A stretch of DNA of 64,000 bases from Promethearchaeota archaeon (GTDB lineage: Archaea > Asgardarchaeota > Lokiarchaeia > Sigyniarchaeales > SOKP01), in the NCBI GenBank assembly GCA_048940445.1, contig JBHLON010000002.1:32001-96000 (forward strand). Direction: 5' to 3'. Shown piece after piece: positions 10,080-20,764 of this stretch. The translations under genes were made by a program, and so were the position numbers. The notes under the pieces are model-generated. The model was not told the origin of the DNA, made no database searches, and saw only the letters and a program-made list of their open reading frames with translations. The first letter of the stretch is position 1. Every line of letters starts with the position of its first letter.

Positions 10080-12215
10080 ATGAGAAAAAAATCATTTGTT
10101 TTGTTATTAGCAACATTCTTAACTTTAAATAGCGCTACTTTTGGATTTCTATTAATTCCAACCACAGCTAAAATTGTTAATGAATTACCAGAATATATTC
10201 CTGTGGATTGGGATAGTGGACTTGCAGGTGAAGTTAAAATGCCCGAACTAGACTTGGACTCTTTAGGAACAGCGGAAACTGGTTTAGGATCATCCGCTCT
10301 CCCTATAGGAACTACTGTATGGGATTGGTATATCGGATCAGTAACAGGTAATCCTTACATGACACTTAGAGCAACTTCTACGTATGCTGAAGTATGGGTT
10401 GCTGAAAGTCTTGAATTTCCAGCGGGGGATCCGAGAAATTCTGATCCGAGAAATTATTTGGTTACTGATGAAATGGCTCAATATTTAGCTGAACAATTTG
10501 ACTCGTTTATCTATGAGAATTGTGTTAACTATTTCGGTGCTCCTTTTGATAGAGATGGGAGTGATACACTTTTTGAGGCAGTTTGGCCTACACTTCCAGA
10601 GAGATGGGATTGGATAGCATCAGAAAATCCTCAAAGGGTCATATTGAAAGTTTTAAATATAAGGGATACTAACTACTATAATGCATCTTATCCATACTAT
10701 ACAATTGGCTTTTATAATGTGTTGTATACCGGTACCTATTATAATAGGAATATGATCCATATTGACTGCTGGCAGTGGTTTGATAATTTGGGTCCTGATG
10801 GATATAATTGGTATCCAGATACTGAGGTAACAGACGCTTATTCGATTGAATCAGCAACAGCTCATGAATTTCAACATAATATTCATAGAGATTGGCAACC
10901 TCACCCTGAAGCTTTTATGAATGAAGGTTGTTCTATGGCTGCTGAATTTCTATCTGGATATCCTTACCCATGGAGTTATGTACCTTATTTCTTAGCAACT
11001 CCAGATAACTCTCTCATTGAATGGGGTGATCAATCTGATAATAACATTTTAGCAGATTATGCTCATTCTTTGATGTGGTGTACATATTTAGCGGATCATT
11101 ATGGTCCAGAATTTTTAACCCAATATGTACAATCAGGCATAGCAGGTATAGAAGGTATTAATGCTGCTCTTGATTATTTGGGTTACACCGAATCTTTTGA
11201 TGATATATTCCACGATTGGAGAATTGCGAATTTAATACATTCAGACTATCCGGGAAAAGGCAGATATAACTATAAATCAATTGATTTAGGTGAGTTTTTA
11301 GCAGGCGATTTTACCTGGGAAATACCAAGAATTTATGAAGTAGGGGGAAGAACTGTACCTTGGACTTATGGTTCAGATTTTGGGAATACAGTTGTTTACA
11401 ATGGATTATTTGTACTAAATAATATTAATATTGGGTCTTATGGTACTGATTATATTTCTCTTACCGACTTAAGAGGGCTAAATCTGGTCTTATTTGATGG
11501 TGATAAGGGAGCTACTACTCCAGGATGGGAATATGGCGTTTTTGAATCATTTGAAGCATATGGTGAGGTATGGTATTCTCAGGCCCAAGATCTTATGAAT
11601 GCTTTAATCGCAACTGAAGTTTTTGTAGATCCCCTTGATCCTTACTTATACCTTACTACATATTGGGATATTGAAGATTACTGGGATTTCGGGTTTGTTC
11701 AAGTTTCAACTGATGGAGGAAATTGGGATTCAACTTGGACATCTTTAGAAAATGAGTATACTACCTACGATCATGACCCAAGTGCTATTAGTTGGGCAAT
11801 AGAAAATCTTCCAGGACTTACAGGGATAAGTGAGCCAGTTGTAGAAATGACTTTCGATCTCTCTGCGTATGCAGGAGAAACGATTCACCTTGGTTTCCGT
11901 TTTGTCACAGACTGGGGAACTTATTACGAAGGCTGGTATCTTCTAGAAGGAACAGTTGGAACTACTGATATTCTACCTACTCTTGAACATGTATATCCAA
12001 GTGTCAATTGGATGGTTAGTCTTGTTGAAAGAAAAACCCTCCCAAAAGGACGAGTAAGTTATAATGTTCATGATATGCATATGTGCGATAATTGGGGAAT
12101 AGACTTTACTTGTGTTAATCATCTAGAAGACATTATCCTAGTTATAAGCCCTATAATGGATATAGGTGTCGCAGACTACCATTTTAGAACATTTCATCCT
12201 TGGTGTAAGAAATAA
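10080..12215 (+). CDS. Secreted zinc metallopeptidase (M30/InhA-like), copy 2
   Basis: Signal peptide; AHEFQHNIH...NEGCS; collinear paralog of 7410-9521. Confidence 0.8.
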   Translation: MRKKSFVLLLATFLTLNSATFGFLLIPTTAKIVNELPEYIPVDWDSGLAGEVKMPELDLDSLGTAETGLGSSALPIGTTVWDWYIGSVTGNPYMTLRATSTYAEVWVAESLEFPAGDPRNSDPRNYLVTDEMAQYLAEQFDSFIYENCVNYFGAPFDRDGSDTLFEAVWPTLPERWDWIASENPQRVILKVLNIRDTNYYNASYPYYTIGFYNVLYTGTYYNRNMIHIDCWQWFDNLGPDGYNWYPDTEVTDAYSIESATAHEFQHNIHRDWQPHPEAFMNEGCSMAAEFLSGYPYPWSYVPYFLATPDNSLIEWGDQSDNNILADYAHSLMWCTYLADHYGPEFLTQYVQSGIAGIEGINAALDYLGYTESFDDIFHDWRIANLIHSDYPGKGRYNYKSIDLGEFLAGDFTWEIPRIYEVGGRTVPWTYGSDFGNTVVYNGLFVLNNINIGSYGTDYISLTDLRGLNLVLFDGDKGATTPGWEYGVFESFEAYGEVWYSQAQDLMNALIATEVFVDPLDPYLYLTTYWDIEDYWDFGFVQVSTDGGNWDSTWTSLENEYTTYDHDPSAISWAIENLPGLTGISEPVVEMTFDLSAYAGETIHLGFRFVTDWGTYYEGWYLLEGTVGTTDILPTLEHVYPSVNWMVSLVERKTLPKGRVSYNVHDMHMCDNWGIDFTCVNHLEDIILVISPIMDIGVADYHFRTFHPWCKK

Positions 12216-12278
12216 AATCATGACTACGTTTTGAAATAATAATTAAATTTTTTTTTTTTAAAATTAAGTAAAATAAGA

Positions 12279-13094
12279 TCATGCTTTATGGATTAAAGTC
12301 GCTATTTTTAACTTTAGGCCATCTTCAGCAGCAACAATATTTTTGATTAATGTTTTATTTCTTAATTTCTCAATCTGGCTTGGAATAAAGTTTTTGGATG
12401 ATAAATACGAATCCATGTAAGCTCCAAAATGGGTAATGATTAATGCATCTAAATTTGGTTGTATTTTATTCAAATAAGGAATGACTTCATCAGTACATAA
12501 ATGTCGTCGGCAGGTAATTGAATCAGGTCTTAATAAGTTTAAAATAAGAATGTTTACTCCATTAAATTGTTCCGAAAAGCCATCAAATACCATTGTATCA
12601 CTTGTAAATGCTATAGAATAATCTTCTAGATTAAATCTAACGCCAAAACCCTCCATATCAGTAGAATGAACGACTTTTGTGGCTAAAATCTCTGCATCGT
12701 TATATACATACTTATCCCCAATCCTAAAAACTTCTACTTTTTTCAACATATTTATGTGATACTCAGAGATGAATTTCAAAACATCCTTAGTGGTGATTAA
12801 AATCCCCTTTTTGTAATAATGATAATGTTTATCATGTAAAATCTCCCTTGAACTTTCAATTAAAGCTGCTAAGTCATTATAATGATCGACATGGGCATGT
12901 GTTACAATAAATAAATCAGTCTTAGTTGGATCCTCTCCAAATTGATTAATTCGTACAATGGCACCAGGACCAGGATCTATGTGTGCTTGAGATCCATTAA
13001 ACTTATATAAAATTCCTCCTGTAGCTCTGTATTGAGTTCTGATATGGTGTCTCCCTCCACCAGATCCAAGAAAAACTATTTCATCATCCATCAT
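12279..13094 (-). CDS. MBL-fold metallo-hydrolase (PhnP/RNase Z-like)
   Basis: VFLGSGGG, IDPGPG, THAHVDH, TSDT, ITHF; ATG start at 13094 or 13091. Confidence 0.85.
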   Translation of the reverse strand: MMDDEIVFLGSGGGRHHIRTQYRATGGILYKFNGSQAHIDPGPGAIVRINQFGEDPTKTDLFIVTHAHVDHYNDLAALIESSREILHDKHYHYYKKGILITTKDVLKFISEYHINMLKKVEVFRIGDKYVYNDAEILATKVVHSTDMEGFGVRFNLEDYSIAFTSDTMVFDGFSEQFNGVNILILNLLRPDSITCRRHLCTDEVIPYLNKIQPNLDALIITHFGAYMDSYLSSKNFIPSQIEKLRNKTLIKNIVAAEDGLKLKIATLIHKA

Positions 13095-13143
13095 ATTTAG
13101 AATTAGAATCAAACTTGTTATGAGAATAAATTATTCATTTAAT

Positions 13144-13668
13144 CTAATATTTTCTTTTTCTCATTAATTCTTTTGCGATTGATTCAAACACGAAATTAAC
13201 ATTATGACCTGTTTTTGAAGAGGTTTTGATAAAATCTAACATATTAAAAGTATTTTTAATATCTAAAGCAGTATCATCATCCATACTAATAGCATCTTTA
13301 AGGTCCAATTTTGTTCCAACGAGCATGATAGGAAGATCTATATCATGTAATCTGATTAAATTAACCCAGTTTAGTATATTACTCATTTGAGGCATTTTGG
13401 TAAGATCTGTTAGAAGGAGAGCGCCTCTTGCACCCATAACGAAATTACCAAGTAAATGTCTAAATCTCTCTTGACCACCTAAATCCCATAACTGTAATGA
13501 ACAATTTCCAGTATCTAGGGAAATTTCCTTAAGAAAAAAGTCGACACCAATTGTAGCTATTGTGGATTCATCAAAAATTCCGTCTACATATCTCCTCAAT
13601 AAAGTTGTCTTACCAACTCCGCCATCTCCTGCTACAAGCAATTTAAATACAAAATTTCTCAGTGTCAT
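13144..13668 (-). CDS. Rab-like small GTPase
   Basis: GDGGVGKT, TIGVDF, WDLGGQERF, GTKLD, TSSKTG; no C-terminal prenylation Cys. Confidence 0.9.
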   Translation of the reverse strand: MTLRNFVFKLLVAGDGGVGKTTLLRRYVDGIFDESTIATIGVDFFLKEISLDTGNCSLQLWDLGGQERFRHLLGNFVMGARGALLLTDLTKMPQMSNILNWVNLIRLHDIDLPIMLVGTKLDLKDAISMDDDTALDIKNTFNMLDFIKTSSKTGHNVNFVFESIAKELMRKRKY

Positions 13669-13763
13669 TTTACAATAACAATTTTGGGATGCAATAAAAT
13701 GTATTTAATATATTACAAAAAAATTAACAATTTTATATTTTAATATAATATTTGCTACTTATT

Positions 13764-16016
13764 TTAAGATTGGAATTCCTTGATCACAAAATTATCAATT
13801 TTAGTGAGGATAGGTTTCAATTCTTTCTCAATGATCTTTTGTAATTTTATTTTTGAAGGAATTTGATGTGTAGTTTTAATTATATTGTTAAAAGTGCTCT
13901 CAGCAATAAGTTGGCCCTTCTTACCTAAATTCGCGATGATATTATGATTCTTATCATTTATATTAAACTTTTTTATAGGACATTCAAACGGAATTTTAAA
14001 TATATGCCTTGTACTCTTTTTAATTCTAACTTGGTTGTTGATTAAAGGTGAATTCAGAATAGCTGTTAAATAATAAGCTTCCTCAAGAGATTTTGCATCA
14101 TAGAAACTCAAATCTCCAGTAATTATATAGTCTCCTTGAATAATTGCTGAATTTAGAACGGATCCAGAATTATTATATACAACTTTTATTTTAGCTTTTT
14201 GGCGGCTATTGATCAATTTGGACCAACGATTCAGATTATCCATTAATGAATTATTATTTGTTGTTTCTTTTTTATAATTCAAATAAATTTGATTGATCTT
14301 ATCATAAAAAGCTTTAGAATTTTCACTTAACCTATCATAATTGAAGCTTAGATCCTTCTTTGATAGTGGTAAGAAAACATAATAAAAATTATATACTAAA
14401 AATCTAACTAATTCCGTGCTTTTTACAACTTTAAAAATATTATCATTCTCAATTACCTCATCCTTAAATTCAAAATCATTCCAAGGTGATTTTGCTCTTT
14501 TAAAGATATTTGGGTCTGGATTAATTTTAACTAAGGAATCATTAAGTTTTTCACATTGGACAAAGATCAGATTCCGAGGATTTAAATCTGCTCCTTTATG
14601 AAATAACTTTTTATAATCACTGGGCTTAAAAGGCAATAAATTTCGAAATTCCCCTTTAGATACTAATTTTTGAACATAAGTTTTATTTCCTTTTCTTTCG
14701 ATATGATAAGGTATAAAGTTCTCCACATTTTTAAATCTTAATTTAAAGTCTTGAAAATAGGTAATATTGGCATTTCTTTTTATACCAAAATAGTAAACAG
14801 GAATCTCAAGTGGTTCATTCACTGCCTCAGAATTCGAATTTTCAGCATATAAGCAAATAAAATCAATATTGAATATTTTTTCAATTTTTGAGTCGAACTT
14901 CCAAATTTCTAAATTTTTAAATCCATAGAAGTTACGAAAACGCGATGCATGAGACCCATTAATGATTCCTTTAGTTATTACAAAAAAGATTTTGGCATTT
15001 TTCTTCATATAACTTTTGGCTTTATAGAAAAATAATGATGAAATTTCAATGTTTAAAACATTCTTTGGACTCGGCTTGATATTTAACTTTTCTGCTAAAT
15101 CTTTTATCTTATTCTGATATATAATTGATCCTATATCTCTTAAAGTGTACCAAGGTGGATTACCAATTACCAAATCAAATCTTTCTCCAGAATTGGAATC
15201 TTTTTCTAAAAACAACGAATCCTTTACAAATAAATTTAATTTAATTATTGATATCTTGATTCGCAATAACAAGAAAAAATTAAGTTTTGCTATAAATATA
15301 GAAATGGGGTTAATATCATACCCATATAATCTACTTATTGCCAAATTTTTTTCATTTTCTGTTTTATTTGAATATAGGATACTTTTTAAGATCTCTATTA
15401 AGAAGTTAGCAGTACCGCAACTTGGATCAAGTACAAAATCTCCGAATCGATATGTAGAGTCAACCATCTTTTTTGTTAAAAACATTGGAGTATAATATTC
15501 TCCTGATTTATGCCTTATGAGACCTGAAATAAACTTTTGGATAATAACATTAAAAAAATATTCTTGTGGTATCTTCAATGAAAATAAATCTCTTTCGATA
15601 AAAGTTAAAAAATCTTCGTAAGTAACATTGGTTAATTCTTCTAAAATTTCAAAAAAAGGAATAAAGTAATCATCTGAAAGAAAAATATCTTTCTGATATT
15701 CGGTTTTAATTTTTTTTCTTACCACTTCAAACTTTTCTATTGTAAATTTCTCAAGATGAGCGAAACTCTTTTCACTTAATATAAACTTTAAAATAAAAAA
15801 ATAACCAATGCAATATATTAAACCCAGTAAAAGATATAAACGTAAATTTGTAGATTCTTTCCCATATATTTGTGTGAAACATTTTTGCCATTTAATATAT
15901 TCTCCTGTATTTCGAATATTTTTGAATTCTGATATTTCTTCAAGCTCCTTTAATAATTTTCTGATATATTTAAGGTGGGAATCCAAATTATTATCAAAAC
16001 TTGAAATGTTAACCAT
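13764..16016 (-). CDS. N6-adenine DNA methyltransferase with C-terminal target-recognition region; no obvious nuclease domain
   Basis: GEYYTP, VLDPSCGTANF (motif I), VIGNPPW (motif IV). Confidence 0.85.
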   Translation of the reverse strand: MVNISSFDNNLDSHLKYIRKLLKELEEISEFKNIRNTGEYIKWQKCFTQIYGKESTNLRLYLLLGLIYCIGYFFILKFILSEKSFAHLEKFTIEKFEVVRKKIKTEYQKDIFLSDDYFIPFFEILEELTNVTYEDFLTFIERDLFSLKIPQEYFFNVIIQKFISGLIRHKSGEYYTPMFLTKKMVDSTYRFGDFVLDPSCGTANFLIEILKSILYSNKTENEKNLAISRLYGYDINPISIFIAKLNFFLLLRIKISIIKLNLFVKDSLFLEKDSNSGERFDLVIGNPPWYTLRDIGSIIYQNKIKDLAEKLNIKPSPKNVLNIEISSLFFYKAKSYMKKNAKIFFVITKGIINGSHASRFRNFYGFKNLEIWKFDSKIEKIFNIDFICLYAENSNSEAVNEPLEIPVYYFGIKRNANITYFQDFKLRFKNVENFIPYHIERKGNKTYVQKLVSKGEFRNLLPFKPSDYKKLFHKGADLNPRNLIFVQCEKLNDSLVKINPDPNIFKRAKSPWNDFEFKDEVIENDNIFKVVKSTELVRFLVYNFYYVFLPLSKKDLSFNYDRLSENSKAFYDKINQIYLNYKKETTNNNSLMDNLNRWSKLINSRQKAKIKVVYNNSGSVLNSAIIQGDYIITGDLSFYDAKSLEEAYYLTAILNSPLINNQVRIKKSTRHIFKIPFECPIKKFNINDKNHNIIANLGKKGQLIAESTFNNIIKTTHQIPSKIKLQKIIEKELKPILTKIDNFVIKEFQS

Positions 16017-16122
16017 TTGTTTAATTCCTAATTTTATAAATTAGCAATGATTTAATATTTAATTTTAAATTTATTTTTCCTATATTTATTTATTAATTAA
16101 TATTATATGAAATATACTTCGA

Positions 16123-16725
16123 TTGAAATCTACAGAGATTAAGGTTTCTAAATTTTTGGAAAATGGTATTGAATTCTCTTGTCAAATGTGTGGAGATTGC
16201 TGTAGAGGGTTAAAAGAGGGTGAAGTTTATCTTTTTAAAGATGATATACAGCGATTAGCTAATTTCCTTGATTTGAAAGGAGAACAAGGATATCGAGAGT
16301 TTGCAAGAACCTATCTGAAAGTGATTGAAGACTCTTTTTATTGGAGGGCCCCAGAAGAAACAAGAGGAAAAACATATAAATTTAAAACTCTCGCATTTAA
16401 ATTTACAGGAAAGGATGAGCATTGTCATTTCTTAAAAGATAATTTTTGTAATGTCCATCATGCTCGTCCATTTCAATGCAGATGTTTTCCTTTTTGGAAA
16501 ATGATGGTTACAAACAAGAAAAACCTACTTAATTACTCAAAAAAATGCAAAGGACTACAATTATTAAAAGGACGTTATTACTCTAAGGAAGAAATTTTAG
16601 AATGGGCCAAAAAAGAATATAAAATAGAGAAGGAATATTTTCTGGAGATGAAAATCCATAATTTCAATATCTTAAAAGTATATCCCTTTCTTACGAAAAA
16701 AATAGTAGAAGATTTAGAGCTATGA
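16123..16725 (+). CDS. YkgJ/UPF0153 cysteine-cluster protein
   Basis: FSCQMCGDCC...CHFL...CNVHHARPFQCRCFPFW. Confidence 0.85.
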   Translation: MKSTEIKVSKFLENGIEFSCQMCGDCCRGLKEGEVYLFKDDIQRLANFLDLKGEQGYREFARTYLKVIEDSFYWRAPEETRGKTYKFKTLAFKFTGKDEHCHFLKDNFCNVHHARPFQCRCFPFWKMMVTNKKNLLNYSKKCKGLQLLKGRYYSKEEILEWAKKEYKIEKEYFLEMKIHNFNILKVYPFLTKKIVEDLEL

Positions 16726-16890
16726 TGATATTATTTATTCTTATTAATAAGTAATAAGCAACAATCTAGATTTTTTTATATTTGGGAAAAGTTAAAATTA
16801 ATTTATTTAACTTATTAGCAATAATTAAGAAACTTAAATTTTTATATATTATAAGTTTGCGTAAATTCATTCCTTGTAGGTGGTTTTAAA

Positions 16891-19290
16891 CTGAAAATTG
16901 GATTATTCATCTGTGATTGTGGCAAAAATATTAGCGGAGTTATTAATAATAAAGAGCTAATTGAATACTTCTCTAAATATGCTAATGTTCATATTATTGG
17001 AGATCAATATCTATGTTCTGAAACTGGATTAAATAAAATTATTGATGAAATAAAAGAGAATAATGTTGATCGTGTGGTGGTTGCAGCATGTTCTTTTAAA
17101 TTACATGGCCTATTGTTTCGTAAAACCATCGAAAAAGCTGGTATCAACCGGTTTCTCATCTCATTTGCCAATATTCGGGAACAAAATTCTTGGGTACATA
17201 GTGATGAACCAGAAAAGGCAACAAGAAAAGCTATTGATCAAATAAGTATGGCAATTGAGCAAGTGAAGCTTTTAGAACCGTTGGAGGTTCAATTTTCAGA
17301 AGTGATCCCCTCTACTTTAATTATTGGTGGAGGTATTGCTGGTATTAAAGCCGCGTTAGTTATAGCTGATGCAGGATATAAAGTCTATCTGGTTGAGAGA
17401 GACCTAACTATAGGAGGTCATATGGCTTTATTTGACAAGACTTTTCCTACGCTTGATTGTTCAATTTGTATTCTTGGACCTTTGATGAGTGAAGTCAAAG
17501 ATCACCCAAATATTACACTCTATAGCTATTCCGAAATAAAAAAAGTAGAAGGTTATATTGGAAATTTTGATGTATCAATTATAAAAAAACCTCGGTTCAT
17601 AGTTGAGGAAAATTGTGTCGGTTGTTTTGATATTTGTAGAGACGTTTGTCCAATTGATGTAAATGATACATATTTTCCCCGAAAAGCCATTGATGTTCCA
17701 TATCCTCAAGCAATTCCGCTCATTCCAAACATTTTAGAAGAATATTGTGTTGGTTGTAAGGCATGTGCTCAAGCTTGTGATCGGGAGGCTATTGATTTTG
17801 AACAAAATGAAGAGGAAATCAATTTTAAGGTAGGATCTATCATTGTAGCTACAGGTTTTAAAACATTTGATCCAAGTTTACTTGGAGAACTCAATTATGA
17901 AAAATATCCTGATATAATTACCACTTTACAGATGGAGCGTATGTTGAACAATGATGGTCCTACGCGAGGAAGAATTGTAAAACCTTCTGATGGAAAACCT
18001 CCGAAAAAAGTTTCTTTTGTACTATGCGTTGGATCAAGAAATCAAGTGATTCACCACGATTATTGCAGTCAAGTATGTTGTAATGTTGCCATAAAAGAAG
18101 CAATCTTAATAAAAAAAGAATATCCCGAAATAAAGATCACAATCTATTATAATGATATACGAGCTGTCGGAAAAAATTGTGAAGAATTTTATAATAGAGC
18201 TCGAGAAGATTTTGGGATTAGATTTATTAAAAGTAACATTTCTGCGATTTTAAAGAGTGATATATCTAAAGAGAATGAATTTATCGTACGTGGTGAAGAT
18301 GTAATTGAAGGGAAATTATTTGAGAATCAATCAGATTTAATTGTCTTGGCAGTTGGAATGGAACCAGCATTAGGTACAGACAACCTAAGTAAAATTTTGA
18401 ATATCTCTCAAGATACTTATGGATTTTTGCTAGAAAGACACTTAAAGATAAAACCTTCTGAGAGTTCTGTAAATGGGATATTTTTAGCTGGTGCAATCCA
18501 AGGTCCGAAAGACATTCCTAATAGTATAGCTCAAGCAGAAAGCGCAGCTTCAAAAGCAATTGCTTTAATTTCGAAAGGTAATGTGGAACTAGACCCTCAT
18601 ATCGTATATTTTAACGCTGAGGATTGTGACCTATGTAGATTATGTGAACAAATTTGCATTTATAATGCAATAAAAATAAAAGGGCGCAAATTAACTCTTA
18701 CACAAGCTAATTGTTCTGGATGTGGTGCGTGTGCAGCAATGTGTCACAAAGATGCACTTTATATCCCAGGTTTTAAAAAAAGTCAGATCTCCACTCAAAT
18801 AAGAACAATTCTGAGTAGAGAAAAGTCAGAATACCCTTTAATCATAGCATTTTTATGCAATTGGTGTGCTTATTTGGGAGCGGATCTAGCTGGTACAAGC
18901 AAAATCTCTTATCCATCAAATGTAAGAGTAATCCACGTTATGTGCACAGCAATGTTAGACCCAGCTTTAGTGTTTGAAAGTTTCTTTTTAGGAGCAGATG
19001 GGGTTTTAATTGCTGGTTGTCATGAACAAGATTGTCATTATGATAAAGGTTTCCTAAAAGCATCAGTACGTTATAGTAGTATCAAAGAAATGTTAGGGGA
19101 AACTGGTATTAATGAAAATCGCGTAAAGATTATTAGTATTTCTGCTGGTGAAGGTGAAAAGTTTGCAAAAAGTATTATAGATTTTAAGAGAGAATTAGAG
19201 ACTTTAGGTCCAATAAAGCCCGGAGAGTTTACTAAACCTTCTATCCAAGAAGATATTACTAAAGAAAAAGCAAAACTAGATGAATTATAA
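16891..19290 (+). CDS. hdrA: HdrA-MvhD fusion flavoprotein; probable CTG start
   Basis: In-frame extension upstream of the track start gives the HdrA N-terminus (KIGLFICDCGKNISG...LCS...DRVVVAACS); GGGIAG FAD site, DKTFPTLDCSIC, CVGSR, CSQVCC, ferredoxin motifs; C-terminal MvhD FLCNWCAYLGADLAG...GCHEQDCHY. Confidence 0.9.
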   Translation: MKIGLFICDCGKNISGVINNKELIEYFSKYANVHIIGDQYLCSETGLNKIIDEIKENNVDRVVVAACSFKLHGLLFRKTIEKAGINRFLISFANIREQNSWVHSDEPEKATRKAIDQISMAIEQVKLLEPLEVQFSEVIPSTLIIGGGIAGIKAALVIADAGYKVYLVERDLTIGGHMALFDKTFPTLDCSICILGPLMSEVKDHPNITLYSYSEIKKVEGYIGNFDVSIIKKPRFIVEENCVGCFDICRDVCPIDVNDTYFPRKAIDVPYPQAIPLIPNILEEYCVGCKACAQACDREAIDFEQNEEEINFKVGSIIVATGFKTFDPSLLGELNYEKYPDIITTLQMERMLNNDGPTRGRIVKPSDGKPPKKVSFVLCVGSRNQVIHHDYCSQVCCNVAIKEAILIKKEYPEIKITIYYNDIRAVGKNCEEFYNRAREDFGIRFIKSNISAILKSDISKENEFIVRGEDVIEGKLFENQSDLIVLAVGMEPALGTDNLSKILNISQDTYGFLLERHLKIKPSESSVNGIFLAGAIQGPKDIPNSIAQAESAASKAIALISKGNVELDPHIVYFNAEDCDLCRLCEQICIYNAIKIKGRKLTLTQANCSGCGACAAMCHKDALYIPGFKKSQISTQIRTILSREKSEYPLIIAFLCNWCAYLGADLAGTSKISYPSNVRVIHVMCTAMLDPALVFESFFLGADGVLIAGCHEQDCHYDKGFLKASVRYSSIKEMLGETGINENRVKIISISAGEGEKFAKSIIDFKRELETLGPIKPGEFTKPSIQEDITKEKAKLDEL

Positions 19291-19395
19291 AATTTAAATA
19301 ACAGAATATTAATCCTTGTAAATCTTACTAATAAGTCTTCTTTATAAATCCATCAATTAAAAATAAAAGATTAGATTTTATTTAATTGTTATAAT

Positions 19396-20679
19396 ATGAG
19401 AATTCGAGCAATAACAATCGGACAAAAATTACCTTTTTTAGTCGAAGATAAGGACTTACAATCCTCTTTAGAAGGAAAACTAGAGACTTTTTATTCTCTT
19501 AATGGCGAATTAACCAGAAGGTTCAAAGATATAAATATAGATGTCCAAACTAAAAGATTATGTTCTCAACCAATTTTAACATATGAACAGCAAGTATATG
19601 AAAAAAATTTAAATGAAACTCTTGCCAGAATTCACATTCAGCTAGAAATTATAGAGCGATTAATAAAAGAGTACGAAATAGACTATTTTGCTGCTTGTAC
19701 AGTCCTTGCAGACATTCAAATTGAAAAATATGGAGTCTATGAAAAATTATTTTTAAATGAAGTTCCAGAATTCATAAAACGAAAAGAAAAATTTTTTACT
19801 TCGCTCCATGTTGCTTCTTCAGATTATGGATTGAATCTCTCTGCTCTTAGATCAGCGGCAAAGATAATAAAAAGTCTGTCGGAACCAGACCCATTTAATA
19901 ATTTAAAATTTTGTGTAAGTTCAAATATAGTTCCTGATACTCCTTTCTTTCCAGCAGCCTATCATTTAGCCGAACGTCCCTCATTTGGACTGGCTTTAGA
20001 AATGGCAGACGAGGTTATCGCAATTTTTGAAAACTCGAAAACCTTAGAAGAAGCTCAAATAAATTTAAAAGCAAAATTCAATGAGATATACAATGACTTG
20101 GTGCTAATTTGTGAACAAGTTGCCAAAAATTACAATATTGACTTTCATGGAATAGATTTTTCTCCGGCTCCTTATCCTACCATTGAAAAAAGCATCGGAA
20201 CTGCTTTTGAAAAATTAGGCTTTGAATATTTTGGAGCATATGGTTCATTAATAGGAGTTGCATTAATAAAAAATGCAATTCCACGGAAAGAAAAGGTAAT
20301 TGGATTTTCGGGATTTATGCCCTCAGTTTTAGAAGATTATGCAATTTCTAGAAGCGTATCAGAAGATAAATTAAATCTGGATACACTCTTATTATATGCT
20401 ACGATTTGTGGTACCGGTCTTGATTGTATTCCTTTACCAGGAGATATCTCCCCCAAGGAGCTTTTTTACATTCTTTTGGATATGAGTATCATTTCAATTA
20501 AATTTGATAAACCACTAACTGCAAGACTAATTCCCATACCCGGTAAAGAAACGGGAGATCCTGTAGATTTTGATTTTGAGTATTTTGCTTCTTCAAAAGT
20601 GATGGATATTAAGAGATTAGCAAATTCCAAAAAGGATGATATTTTTTCAAGAAAAGAAAAAAGTTTTCGGTTCATTTGA
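19396..20679 (+). CDS. DUF711/UPF0210 family protein
   Basis: MRIRAIT start, PFFPAAYH, GIDFSPAP, ICGTGLDCIPLPGD, KPLTARLIP. Confidence 0.8.
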   Translation: MRIRAITIGQKLPFLVEDKDLQSSLEGKLETFYSLNGELTRRFKDINIDVQTKRLCSQPILTYEQQVYEKNLNETLARIHIQLEIIERLIKEYEIDYFAACTVLADIQIEKYGVYEKLFLNEVPEFIKRKEKFFTSLHVASSDYGLNLSALRSAAKIIKSLSEPDPFNNLKFCVSSNIVPDTPFFPAAYHLAERPSFGLALEMADEVIAIFENSKTLEEAQINLKAKFNEIYNDLVLICEQVAKNYNIDFHGIDFSPAPYPTIEKSIGTAFEKLGFEYFGAYGSLIGVALIKNAIPRKEKVIGFSGFMPSVLEDYAISRSVSEDKLNLDTLLLYATICGTGLDCIPLPGDISPKELFYILLDMSIISIKFDKPLTARLIPIPGKETGDPVDFDFEYFASSKVMDIKRLANSKKDDIFSRKEKSFRFI

Positions 20680-20764
20680 AAATTTATAATAATAAATTTT
20701 AAAATGAAAATATACTAGATTCCATAGGAGAAAAAATAATTATTAAAATTTATTAATGTAAAGA

